A stretch of DNA of 64,000 nt from Mobula hypostoma (lineage: Eukaryota). Under the pieces are notes generated by a model. The model did no database searches and had not been told where the DNA came from. It saw only the letters and a list, made by a program, of their open reading frames with translations. Location: positions 65,598,001-65,662,000 of the forward strand of contig NC_086108.1 in the NCBI RefSeq assembly GCF_963921235.1. The letters are read 5' to 3'. Every line of letters starts with the position of its first letter. The stretch's first letter is position 1. Shown here piece by piece: positions 12,421 through 24,519 of this stretch. Position numbers and translations under genes: made by a program.

Positions 12421-12648
12421 ACTGGAAGAACTCAGCTGGCCAGGCAGCATCTATCGAAAAAAAGTACAGTTGACATTTTGGGCCTAGACCCTTTGGCAGG
12501 ACTGGAGAAAAAATGCTGAGTAGATTTAAAAGGTGGGGGAGGAGAGAGAGAAGCACGAGGAGATAGGTAAATCCGGGAGGGGAAAGGATGAAGTAAAGAG
12601 CTGGGAAGTTGATTGGTGAAAGAGATTCAGGGCTGGAGAAGGGGGAAG
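12421..12648 (-). mobile_element. Penelope-like pLTR fragment abutting the Rex1 5' end
   Basis: ctggaagaactcagctggccaggcagcatctat...ttgggcctagaccctttggcaggactgg matches the pLTR family. Confidence 0.7.
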
Positions 12649-12879
12649 TTCCCAAAGTAGGAGGTTAGAGCCATCAGTTTCTGACCTCCACCTCCTTTCT
12701 AACCTTTACAATTGAAAGTTGGGGTGCAAATATCAACAAAGAACTGACCTATGCAGACCAATTAACTGGCAGTTCTCTGTGGGAGTGCTGACCAAAGATT
12801 AGTATGTTCCAGTCATGTTCTACGTTATCAGCAGATTGAAATTAGATACACTGATTTCTGAATTACTTTCTTTTTATAG

Positions 12880-13009
12880 GCCATCAACCTTCTCAAAAAA
12901 GCAAAAGGAGCTGTAAAGTTGACTATCAGTTGTGAGGAGAGTTCCCTGCAACAATCTGCCCCTCCATCACTTTCATACCCTAACTCAGATTCTGAGTTTT
13001 CAGATAACA
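12880..13009 (+). CDS. patj: PATJ exon: PDZ alphaB/betaF plus linker
   Basis: tttttatag|GCC...AAC A|gtaagt, 130 nt, phase 0/1. Translates AINLLKKAKGAVKLTISCEESSLQQSAPPSLSYPNSDSEFSDN. Confidence 0.85.
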
Positions 13010-14094
13010 GTAAGTACCTCCAACCTTTCCACTTGCTAATGGAAACCTAGCTGGTATTACTGTTTCTTTGATAGTTTAAGGTTAATTGAAGCTGTCTTAA
13101 TTGCTGTTCCTGGATTACATAGTGATATTTTACCCATTTTCAGCCTAAACTATGTAGGAATATTATTTCACAAGCATGCTGTAATTTCCTTTTACAGCCT
13201 TGTCTTCTCTAGACCTGAAGTACCACATATAAGCATTTATTGAAGTTGCTCTACTATTTATATGCCTAATTTCTGGAACAAATATCTCTGATAATAAAAT
13301 AAACATCATGTGGGTGTGAAAGTCTTGTGGATTATCAATAAGGCAACATAGGCTGAGGTGTGATGAATAAGCTTTAAGCAAAGAGGTTCAGATATACTCC
13401 CATTATTGACTTACTCCCATCAAGAACCTTGAATCAGAAGCTATCTGAAGTTCTGCTGACTATCAAATTTTCCAAATCACGTTTGCAATCAGCACAGGGG
13501 CACAGGTCAAAACAAATAAATGTAAGTAATTTGCAAAATCTTCAAGAAATATCTTGAGACCCTCGAAGCAGTTTAACTCCAGTCTGAGCCGTACTTCCAT
13601 TAATTTTGAGAATTTGCTTTAATAGCTCTCTGCCTACTTCCTCTTTTTCTGTATTTTAATTTTTACTTATTTACAATATTCACCTATTTCAAATTTTATT
13701 AAGATCTATCTGGAAATGCAATGACCATTCACAAACTGATAAATATAAATATGTATTTTATAATTTATGCAGTATCACTTTTTAATTGTGCTCATTTGCA
13801 GAGTCTAGTTTTTGCCCTCATAATTCCAAAGTAGCAGTAATTAATATACAATTATAGTCATTATTGTATGTTGGGTAGACAATAAATTTAGAAGGCAGGT
13901 CATGATCGAGTGGTGGATCAATGTAAGCTTCCAATGCCCTCTATGACATCAAAGTGGAACAAGCTCTGAGAATACAGTAAAAAAACCCCATCAATATTGT
14001 GAAATTTTCTATTGCCTAAATGGCAAAATCTGGGAAGTATATTTTTGTGACAGAAAGTGATTACAATTACAGCCAAATGACGTCTATTCACCAG

Positions 14095-14240
14095 AACATA
14101 AGTGAAATTAAGGGTTATGAGGAAAAGACAGGTAGATGGAGCTGAGTTACGGACAGATCAGCCATGATCTTATTGAATAATGGGGCAGGCTCAATGGGCC
14201 AGATTACCTACTCCTGCTCCTATTTCTTATGGTCTTATGA
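14095..14240 (+). repeat. CR1-type 3' tail fragment (sister copy at ~58060-58195)
   Basis: gatcagccatgatcttattgaat...gcaggctcaatgggccaga...ctactcctgctcctatttcttatg is nearly identical in the two copies. Confidence 0.7.
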
Positions 14241-15397
14241 AATGTATATGCCACAAAAATGTTGAAATATTAAAATCTTTCAGTGAATTTAAAGCCAGTA
14301 CTGTCACACAGAGCATCTATCAAAGTAGCAAATAGAATTGCAAACAGATTAGAAATCATGTATATTAAACAGTGTAGTGCTGTTTGATTACATGTGGAAT
14401 TCAATGACTAATTCTAGCATCCAAAGCATAAGAGCACCATCAAATGTTTAGAGATTAATGAAGACTTGTTAGGTTAAGGCCCTCATCTGGACTGCAGAGG
14501 GAAGATAGCCAGTACAAAGAGGGGAGGGGGATAGTGAGGGTTGGGGCAAGAGCTGGCAAGTAATAGGTTGATCAGAGTGCAAAGGAGTGATTGACAGCTG
14601 GATTCAGGTTGGGGAAGGAAGACTGAAGATGCAATCTCTTGCGTCTAAATCTAAATCATGTAGGCACCAAGAAGAAGAATCACAAGGCTAATACCTAGTG
14701 TTTGTATCATGGCTAGAATGAGATTTCTCTGACTCTAAAGGAGCCATTTGAAAAGTGATCCTACAAGATATTTAACATTGTTTGGAAAATGTTAACCCCA
14801 AATATTACCTCAAGTTTATTTCCAGATGTGATAAGGAAGATAATGTTTACTGTGCAAAGTTTGGTTAATGTTTGGAATAAAATTTATTTAGAGCAGCATA
14901 AGCAAAAGTCTTTTAATTATTTTAGAAGTAATTAGCTGACATTAAAGGTGGATCCTGTATCACTGTAGACTAGAACTTAGATAATTCTTACTGACATACG
15001 TTGTGAAGTTTGTTGTTTTACAGCAGCAGTACAGTGTAATACATAAAACAAATTACTATGTTATAATAAGAAATATAAAAAATTAATGTGAATAGTTAGG
15101 TGGATGAATGGATAGTGCAAAAAAAGAGCAAAATAGTCATGCTCATGGACTATTCAGAAATTTTTTCATGATTTCATGACTATCATGATTTTTTGCTTTA
15201 GAAACTGTTCTTTATCAGAGAGGCTACCTGGAATTCTAGTAGCAGATTATATATTAATATATATGTTTACTCAGAACCCACAGTTCCCAGAGCATAGGCA
15301 ATGCTGTTTTCTTCAGAGCCTGGCAGTCCAATGAACTTTCTGTATGTTCTTGAGCCTTTTTTCAGTTTAATCATACATAATTTTCATTTTTGTAAAG

Positions 15398-15534
15398 CTA
15401 ATGTAGCTGTTCCTGCAATGGTACCAGATCCAGCAACTTGTCCTATAGTCCCAGGCCAAGAAACTGTCCTGGAAATTTCAAAGGGCCGTTCAGGGCTTGG
15501 ACTCAGTATCGTGGGTGGAAGGGACACACTGTTG
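15398..15534 (+). CDS. patj: PATJ exon: start of the PDZ8-equivalent domain
   Basis: Translates (T)[45 protein letters not shown]|gtgagt, phase 1/0. An alternative in-frame acceptor would start the exon at 15407. Confidence 0.9.
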
Positions 15535-15711
15535 GTGAGTAATTTCTTTCTGGATATGAGAAGCTAAAGGGAATCGTATAATATTTCATCATTACTCTAA
15601 TGACTGGTATAACACAAGACTTAAAATAAGGAATGCAAGTTATTTTTTTATTTTGCAGAGTAGTAAATAGAGTATTGTGAAGTAGTTTAGCAGGCAAGGC
15701 CAATGAAATAT

Positions 15712-15806
15712 ATCCCGAAGAAGGATCTTGGCCCAAAGTGTCGACTGTGTGTTCATTTCCATAGATGCTGCTTGACCTGCTGAGTTCCTTCAGCATTTTT
15801 GTTGCT
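15712..15806 (+). mobile_element. Penelope-like pLTR fragment starting at a degenerate hammerhead core
   Basis: cccgaagaaggatcttggcccaaagtgtcgact...gatgctgcttgacctgctgagttcc. Confidence 0.65.
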
Positions 15807-16464
15807 TTGCTCTATTCTATAAAGTTGCTGGTACACAATAAAAGCAAAAATCTTCAGTATCTGCAAAATTATGTTTTAACCAAGCTGTGAAATGTTCCTA
15901 AAGCTAGAAGGTGCTTGGCCCGTGCAAGGGGAATTCAAGTAACATTATGCTTAGATACGAAGTATACACTGAAAAATCTGTTGATACCCCAGAGGCATAC
16001 CAGGGCATTGCAGAAAGGTTTGTCCATGCTCTGCTTGTCGTGGATCACTTACTTAAAATTCAGATATGACTGCAGTCAGAGGATATAGCTGCATAGAATG
16101 TGATTGGTTGGTATGTGGGAATAGGCTTTTGGCTTAGGAGAACAGTTGTTGGGTTGTGAGTTTAAAGATGGGTGAGGATGGTTACTTTAGTGGAAAGAGG
16201 CAGTGTGAGCAGGCCTGAAAGAGAGCATGAGGTAAACTTCAGCATTGCTCAATGACAGGCATGCTTTGAAGCTATGTAAACTAATTTTTCCTCAACAACA
16301 TCCTTCAAAATATTGCACTAAAGCATATGCATGTTGGACATTGAAAGAACCTGCTCTGTACAGGTACAGTCTGTGACAGGAAGAGGCTGCTTCGACTGAT
16401 AGGTTGGCATGAATTAACCTGGAAGCCATTGTAATTGAAATCCAAGCCAAGAAAAATAATTTTC

Positions 16465-16780
16465 ATACAAAATGCTGGAGGGAGGAACTCAGCAGATCAG
16501 GCAGCCTCTATGGAAATGAATAGATAGTGGACTTGTTGGGCTGAGACCCTTCTTCGTGACTGAGAAGGAAGGAGGAAGATGCCAGAATAAAAAAGTATGG
16601 GGAGGGGAAGGAGGCTAGCTGGAAGATAATAGGTGAAGTCAAATGCTTGGGAAAGGTCAAGGGATGGAGAAGCTGAATCTGATAGGAGAGGAGAGTGAAC
16701 ATAAGGTGTTGCTCCTTTACCCTGAGGGTGACCAAGTGGAGGCCAAGGACCGACATGTCGGAAGGGGAATGGGAATCAAA
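16465..16780 (-). mobile_element. Penelope-like 3' fragment
   Basis: caaaatgctggag...gaactcagcag, gggctgagacccttc and ataaggtgttgctcct (reverse complement of the EN C-terminal EEQHL-like coding sequence). Confidence 0.65.
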
Positions 16781-17266
16781 TCTGCTGATGCTGTATATCT
16801 AGATGCTCATGCACTGGAAGAGTAGCAAACATTTGAGCTACAGAACTCCTTTACATAGTTGGGAGTCTTTTTCATTTGGTACTCAGTGCAGTCCACTAAT
16901 AACCAGTCCATTAAAATGGTGCGGATCTCAAACATTAAGCATATATACCTAGAACTCCATTGCGTGTTCATTGGTGTGCGTATGTTTATTTTTTTCCAAA
17001 GAAAAATCTTATTGGAATATATGAAATGAAAATCAGGTGGTTCCATGAAGGGCAGTACTTGATCTGATTACCACAGCTAGTATACTCTGGAGCTGCTAAA
17101 TATCTACCTCATAGTTTTAAACACTTGGCCATCATACACTATTGCAAAACATACAAATGTGCATGTATACAGTTGAATTAATACAACAAAATGACCATGC
17201 ATTGTTAGAGGTACAAAAGTTTTTTTTAAAAAAGCCTACAATCTTCTCAATTTAGTGAGCACGTTT

Positions 17267-17380
17267 CTGATAAAATGTGTTTGACCTGAAACATTAACTC
17301 TGTTTCTTTATCCATGGATGCTGTCTTACCTGCTGGGTATTTTAGCATTTTCTGTTTGTATTTCAGTCTTCCAGCATTGA
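17267..17380 (+). mobile_element. Penelope-like pLTR fragment
   Basis: ctgataaaa...cctgaaacattaact...gatgctgtcttacctgctg...ttccagcat. Confidence 0.55.
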
Positions 17381-17514
17381 CAAATTTTTAAATTTTGTTT
17401 TGATAATCACTGTGGCAACTTATCACTTACTAGATAATGAATTTTAGGACCAGTGCACTTGTAAAAACCTTATTTTGCCTTTATTTTTGATATCCATCTA
17501 CAAAAACATATCTA

Positions 17515-18748
17515 CAGAGGATGTGGGTTAACTGGTCCATTCATTAATTGTGGCAACTCTTAATGAACAAAAACTAATCGCGAAAATAGCCGGGATTTCA
17601 TTCATTTATTTGGGACACATTGCACACTTAACTGGGACAGGAGACTGTTGCCAGGCAGATTCTGACCAGCATCAGTCGTGTGAACTTGTGTGGCCTTTAG
17701 ACTCTTCACAGTACAAAAGTGAACATTGTTAAAATAGTGTCAGTTCCATGTTTGTGTTGAAAAAGCACTGATCTTTCTTACTGATAGTTGGCAATTAATA
17801 AGCAGTAAGACAACTCAGAATTGTTTTGCTCACTGCAGTTTCAAACATTCAGGCTTAGAGATTCCAGAAACAGCCAAGAGTAAAAATGTAATGATCTCAC
17901 TACTTCAACAAGTTAGGAACTATGAAGGATTTGGAGGATGCAATGATTAAAAGCATCATACAAGGGCAGTCCATTTTCTGCACTTGGTGTATACCTAATT
18001 TTGTTCATTTACAGTCCATCGTGTCCAACAGTGACTGTGAAACCTGTGTGGGAGAGTTCTTAAAGTGGAAAAGCCATTGCACTGGGACAGTTCAGGGTCC
18101 TCAGAAGTCCAGGTCCAGTGCTACAATTAGTCGTCACACACTGGGTCTTCCTTGGTTGCAATGGATAACCATCTCTTATTCTCTGTCGCTCTACACGAAG
18201 TGCCTTCTTGGCCATTGGATCTCTCTCTTGATCTCATCCACCCAATCAGCCAGAGCTGACTTCACATGCTAGGACAGGCATGTCCTCATTTTCACCACGG
18301 TATATTACCCCCCCCCCCCAGTTACCCTGACCTGGTTTAGCCCGCCTGTCAAAACGATGTACTAGGGTGTGGCTGCTGTCGCGTGCAAACAGCTACTTGG
18401 AGCCACAGGTGAGAGTTGAGTGTGTGGCGGGGACCAAAAGTGAGTGAGCTGCCCCAGAATGGACATGACATGCCCCTTCACCATATATACTAGCCCTCCC
18501 TGGACATCCTATACATGACCATGTATACTGGATGAATTCCTCTATTAATAATAACTATTATTGCACAGTTTTATAGGATGGTAGTGGCCTTGGTAGTGTT
18601 CTAATTTGTTCTGCATTTTGTAATTTGTTCATTTAAAGATATAATATGATCAGTTAAATGGTTTTAAAACTATTTCCATGAAACTTCAGCTAATTGGGGG
18701 AGCCTCATAATTGGGGCTCAATGTGTCCCAATTAACTGCAACCCACTG
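17515..18748. mobile_element. Non-autonomous Tigger/pogo-like DNA transposon with a nested RTE-like segment (~18020-18500)
   Basis: TA-flanked, degenerate inverted ends cagaggatgtgggttaactgg and cccaattaactgcaacccactg, with internal repeated aattggg motifs. The internal segment resembles an RTE 5' UTR on the minus strand. Confidence 0.45.
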
Positions 18749-18830
18749 TACTTCATTTCCATCACCTGCTTTTTCTTTTTGTACATACACAATTTGTACA
18801 CTTAGAGAGCAAATTAAGCAATTCATGAAT

Positions 18831-18973
18831 ACTAACAAGGGAAAATCTACAGATGCTGGAAATCCAATCAACACACACAAAACGCTGGAGGAGCTCAGCA
18901 GGCCAGGAAGCATCTATGGAAAAGAGTACAGTTGGCGTTTTGGGCTGAAACCCTTCAGCAGGACTGGAGAAAC
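18831..18973 (-). mobile_element. Penelope-like pLTR with tail, followed by (ATTAATGA)3
   Basis: aaaatctacagatgctggaaatcc...cacacaaaacgctggaggagctcagcaggccagg...gggctgaaacccttcagcaggact. Confidence 0.7.
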
Positions 18974-19093
18974 ATTAATGAATTAATGAATTAATGAATT
19001 CTACTGAGTTTTATCCAAAGTGATTTGGAAAACTATTTCTAAATGCATACAAATTCTGGTAATGTTAGTTATTAAAATGTGACTTTATTTCAG

Positions 19094-19177
19094 AATGCAA
19101 TAGTTATTCATGAAGTATATGAAGAAGGTGCAGCTGCTAAAGATAATAGGCTCTGGGCTGGTGACCAAGTATTGGAG
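19094..19177 (+). CDS. patj: PATJ exon: PDZ8-equivalent core
   Basis: tttcag|AAT...GAG|gtgagt, 84 nt. Translates [28 protein letters not shown]. Confidence 0.95.
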
Positions 19178-20461
19178 GTGAGTATAGAAGTGATGTGTTT
19201 TGGACTGACAGTACATAAATATTATTACTAGTGGCAATTCCTTTTTAGCTAAAAAGGTTAGATCTCCCACCCACTTTCACAACCACATCATTCAACCTGT
19301 TTTTGTTTCCTCCAGAAATATTTCGTGCTTAAATCTGTTAATACAATATGATCATCCCTAATAACAAATTGCTAGCATGGGATTTAAGTGTTTGGTTTAC
19401 AACTAGACATTCTGATTATTCATCTTTTATATCTTTACAGAATATAACTAGCCACAGCATTGACCTTTAACCTACTAGGGTATTTAATTGTTTTGAAAAA
19501 AGATTTAAATGTGGAGTTTTTGTTCATTCTACTAAATAACTTTGTTTACAAGAAAATGATTGTAAAGCCATAGAATCAAAAAGTGACATTGCTTGTTCCT
19601 TTAAAGATAACCTCAGGAAAATAATTTACCTTGATTTGTATTTTGGGTAGAAAACAATGGATGGGGAGATGAAGATAAAACTGAATGATTAGGCTAGCCA
19701 TAGAAATCCAACTTTTATCCGTACCGGTATTCTATAGTTTGCCAAATATGTAATTACTTGTGAATCCTATCCAGTGCTTTTTTCAATAATTAAGAAAATA
19801 CTGGTTATAAAATAGGCAGAGCCAGAAAAAGCATTACATGCTAACATTGCACAGCGATTCTGGCAATTTTATGCATGTCTAAATGAGAGAAATTTTATTC
19901 TGATAATGCCCCAAGGCACACTTTTGGTGGCTAGCTTGTCAGTAATATGAAAGTATACACTGCACACTGTTTGACATGATTGGACACATCATCTGTAAAA
20001 AGAAATGGCAACGAGCTTCTTCCAGTGCACTACCAGTGTGAGAAGTTTACGTTTAACAGTTAGATTTTGATCATTATTGTTTATATGCTATTTAAAAATG
20101 TTGTAGTGCATGGTAGTACATGGTAGGTTTTCCTGTTATTAGAAAAGAAAATTATTTTTGCCTGATTCAAGCAAAATTTTAATACTTTACTGAAATTGAA
20201 AAGTGGTTTTAAAATATATCTCAGTCCTAGAATAACATCGTAGCTACTGAATCTGCTAAATTTGTACGGTATGCTTGTCTTACATATCCATCTAATTCCT
20301 TGTTATTTTAGAAAGGATTATCACATTTTGCACGAGGTTATAGGTGAAAGTGAAAGATTATGGAATTTAAAAGCAATCTGGTAAAACCTGGTTCATGATT
20401 GGTTGTAAATAGCCGAGATTAGAGTTTGTTGTCTCGGTGATGGAATATTAGCAAATCCTAT

Positions 20462-20860
20462 TCAGAATCAGAATCAAGTTTATAATCCTGTCTAATATGA
20501 CATGAAATTTGTTGTTTTGTGGCAATAGTACAGTGCAAAAGTATGAAATTGCTATGGATTATAAAATAAATGCTGCGAATAAAGGAATAATGAGGTAGTG
20601 TTCATGGGTTCAGGGACCATTCAGAAATCTGAATACTGAGGGCAAGAAGCTGTTTTTGAATTGTTGAGTGTGGGTTCTTCCTCCCTGATGGTACTGAAAA
20701 GAAGAGGGCATGTCCCAAATGGTGAGGGTGCTTAATGATGTTTGCCCCCTTCTTGAGGCATCATCTCTTGAAGTTGTTCTCAAAGGTGGGAAGGGTGGTG
20801 CTTGTGATGTAGCCGGCTGAGGCTACAACCCTCAACCGCCTCTTGCAATCATGTGCATTG
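20462..20860 (-). mobile_element. Decayed Rex1-like LINE 3' end (related fragment at ~14995-15160)
   Basis: (tcagaa)n tail plus aagaagctgttttt...cttcctccctgatgg...gagggcatgtcc...aatgatg, typical of a Rex1-type C-terminus. Confidence 0.55.
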
Positions 20861-23800
20861 TTTCCTAAAATTTTATCCTGAGATTTAAATTTATCAGGCG
20901 ATTTGTAAATTAACGAGATAAGAGTTAAAAGCTGTTTTGTGGTTTTACTAAATTAATGGCATGAAGTTATGAATGAATATAGAAAAATTAAAACAGTGAA
21001 CAAAACTTTAAGTTTGGTGTAGAAAAGCATAAAGTTATTCAACTAGGTCTGAGAAAGTTATATCTTTTTTTAAGGGTGAGAGTACATCTAGATAGCAAAT
21101 TTGGTTTTGCTGTCCATGTCCACAAATCATTAAAGGCAAGTGCACAAACAAATAAACTGAACAGGAAAGCTAATTGCATTTAAAGAGCACTGGGAAACTG
21201 GAAATGCCTTTGAATGATCTAATCCAGAGCAACGAGTTTATTTCTGGATGCATCAGGAAGGAAATACTAGCTTACATGATATCAGCAGAGAGATACCAGT
21301 ATTTAAAGGTTAAATTACAAGGATGAATTTCATGAGTCCTGTCTTTATTAACTTTAGAAACTTAAGGAGTAATCTAATCAAGTAATTTAAACGCATGAAT
21401 GGATTTGATACAAAAAGTATGTTTTCCCACTGGATGATATCTTAAAATTAGCATTCGTATTAGGATCTAAGCAGGACACTTTTTTATGAATAAAGTAGTA
21501 GAAATCAGGAAACCTTTTTCCAATATTTTTAGGCAAGTTTTCAGGGAATGAAGAAGAGAATGGGAAAAATGAACATGAAGTACAGAATTAAGTAGAGTGT
21601 TTGAACTTTCTGGGGCGGTAATTCTTCTGCCAGTTGAAACTTTCTCCTTATTCAGCTCATAATTTTGAATAATTTTATAAAAAGTTTCTCTTCTTTCTAT
21701 TTAAAACTTTTACAGTTGCTTTACAGAAGCCCCTCTTCCTGATATCATTTGTCTTCATGTCCATTGACCCCTGCATCTCTTTGGATATCATAAGTGCTAA
21801 GCTTCTTACGAATGACAAAATTAAATATTTGTTTTACAAAGTTCTTGATTGTTGTCTTTTTGGCCTTTTACGTGTGTTGCTCATTATTTCCTTCTAATTT
21901 GTTCTTGGCACAACTTTATTTTGTAAGTCTTCATTAAATCAAGCACAAATACAGAAGTATAAAACAGAAATTGGTTGAGTTACACGCTGAGGTGCTGAAG
22001 TATGGCATTGGAACTATGACGCAATCTCAAAAAAACGTGTATCTTTTGTTATAGGTCTTTGTTTGCAGTGTTGTACCAGACACACAACAAAGTATCACAT
22101 GGTAACATTTTAATAAGAATTAAAAAGTAAAAGTTAAATCTTTTCTTCCCAACTTTTCTGTCCTTGAGGAACAGTTATGTAAGCATCTGCAGTGATACCA
22201 TCAGTCTCCATAATGCATTCATGCAGCCCACAGGCACTGTGCAGGTACATCACCACGAAGTAACTGAAATGTTCCTACACGCAAAGCCTTTGTTGCCATA
22301 CAGCTGGAATAAAGACAGATGAGAAAAAGTTTACAAAACGTTAAAGATTTTCTTTGTTGCATTGTATTTCTTTATACCCTTCAATTAATAAAATCAATAG
22401 TATGTGATTTTTCAGTTTTCATTCTAAATATTCATGGTATGCATATTACAAAGAGAAACATTTAAAGTGCTGCGCAGTTTTCAGGCCATGTAAAAATTTC
22501 CTGCTCAGAGCAACGGTTGGTCCACACAGCTGTAAAAACAGTTGGAAGGAATGTTGTTCACAGGCCAAGTTAGTGTGGTCAAGAAGATAGCTGAAATAAA
22601 AAACTATAATATTAGCGAGTAAAACATATTCATGTACTGTATCTTCCAGTAATTTTGGTTAGCAGTCAGTAGAGGAATGGTGAAAAGGATCAGAAGTCGA
22701 GGAAAGATAAAAAGATTAGAGACTAAGAAGGGCTGGAGTTAGTTTTACAAAGGAGGACCAGAGGCCAACAAAGGTGGAAAATCCCATGCAGCGTTAGAGT
22801 CGGGGGGCGGGGGGGAGGTGGGGAGTAGTACAGGAAAAATAAGCTTGGCAAGAAACTAAATGGAAATTAGTAACCAGCAAAGAGTATAAGGATAGAAATT
22901 CTATACACCAGAGCAGTACAGAGCTCAAGGTATTACCTGCACTGTTGTAAGTAAAAGCCTGTCTAAATGTAACTAGTAGATTTTTGTTTGAAAGCAGTGT
23001 TTTGTTAGAGCTTTACATTTTGATTACAGGAAAGTATATTTTATTCCTGATAGGTAGAAGTTAAATACTTTTCTGGTCAAAATTGACAACAACGAATTTT
23101 AGTTTGGTCCAAGTGTGCCATCTATTGGAGTTTCTGTTATGGTGTTCTGTTATGGTGTTCTGCTATTAAATGAAAATTAGTTAGCTTGTACAGATAAGCT
23201 AATTAAACACAAAACCAAAAGTTGAAAAACTAAACTGAAAACATAGGCTTCATTTATGTGCCTATTGATGCTGAGATACATCCTAGGATGCACTGGGACA
23301 CATCATCAGGTGATGTAACCTGGGGTCATCAGGTGTTTTGGGTCTTTCAACATCAGACACTCATGCCCAGGTGACCTAGCCAGGGTTAATCAGGACCTGG
23401 CTTGTGTCCCAGTAGTATTGATCCATGGGTCACAGTATGAATTGAATAATATAATGATTTAATAAATAGAAAGATAAAATCATTTTGATGCAATAGTTCA
23501 ACTGTACTGTGAAAGTATTCAGTAATATATGATCACTTTATTTTTAAATTTGAATAACAAGGAAGAAACTTTCCTACATTTGACAACGACACAATAAGCC
23601 AGATTCACTTTTGCTTCCTTGTATTATTTTCTATTGTATTGCTTATGTTCCCTACGCAATATTCTGGGATCATTCAGACATGGATAAAGTACAATTCAAA
23701 ACTGAAACACTTACTCAATTGACATGAAAAGTTAGAAAATAATTCCAGTGGTCACTTACCAATATTGGCAAATATAAAAACAAATTAATTCAATTTGTTA

Positions 23801-24519
23801 TGCACTGATATCCAGAGAAAGAGAGAGAAAGAGAAAATGATATGTTATGGAATAATAATCACTGTTAAACAACCGTTGACCTGAAAAGAATAATGATATA
23901 AGTGGTGCAAGATTTTATCAAAAGTTAATGTGCTGGTTTTTCCTTATTTTTTATATTTTTATATTTTAGTTCAAAGTTCAAAACAATATGTTACCATATT
24001 ACTTATCTTGAGATTCATTTTCTTGCGGGCATTTGCAGGGAAAAAATACAATAAAATGTTATACATAAGAAAAAGATAGTCAAAAACCAATGTGCAAAAG
24101 AAAGCAAGCTGTGCAAGTAAAAAATAAAACCGAGAACATGAGTTGCGAAGAGACTTTGAAAGTGAGTCGGTAGGTCATAGGATTAGTTCAGAGTAGTGGT
24201 CAATGAAGTTATCCACATCAGTTCAAGAGACTGTGGGTTATAGGGTAATAATTTCATCTATTTATAAAGCTTATTATTCTGTTGTGTAGATAAATTGTGT
24301 TTATATTTGCTTTAAGTGAACTGAATTAGATCAGCTCGTCTGGTGATTGATGAGCACATGGTGTTTGCCACTGACCACAAAGTATAGCCCCGAATTATAT
24401 ATCAGTAAGAAGTGTGATCTTTGATTTCAGTTGGTACAATTTATATAATTAAATGGTTTATGTCTTGTTTCTGCATCTCTTGGCTCTGATATGACATGGA
24501 AATGCTTCTAGTCTGTGCC

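Noticed and set aside
12071..12655. 194-aa minus-strand ORF
   Set aside because: It is a chance fusion of PLE pLTR sequence and a Rex1 remnant.
15301..15567. 88-aa ORF treated as a stand-alone gene
   Set aside because: It is a PATJ exon read through into flanking intron sequence.
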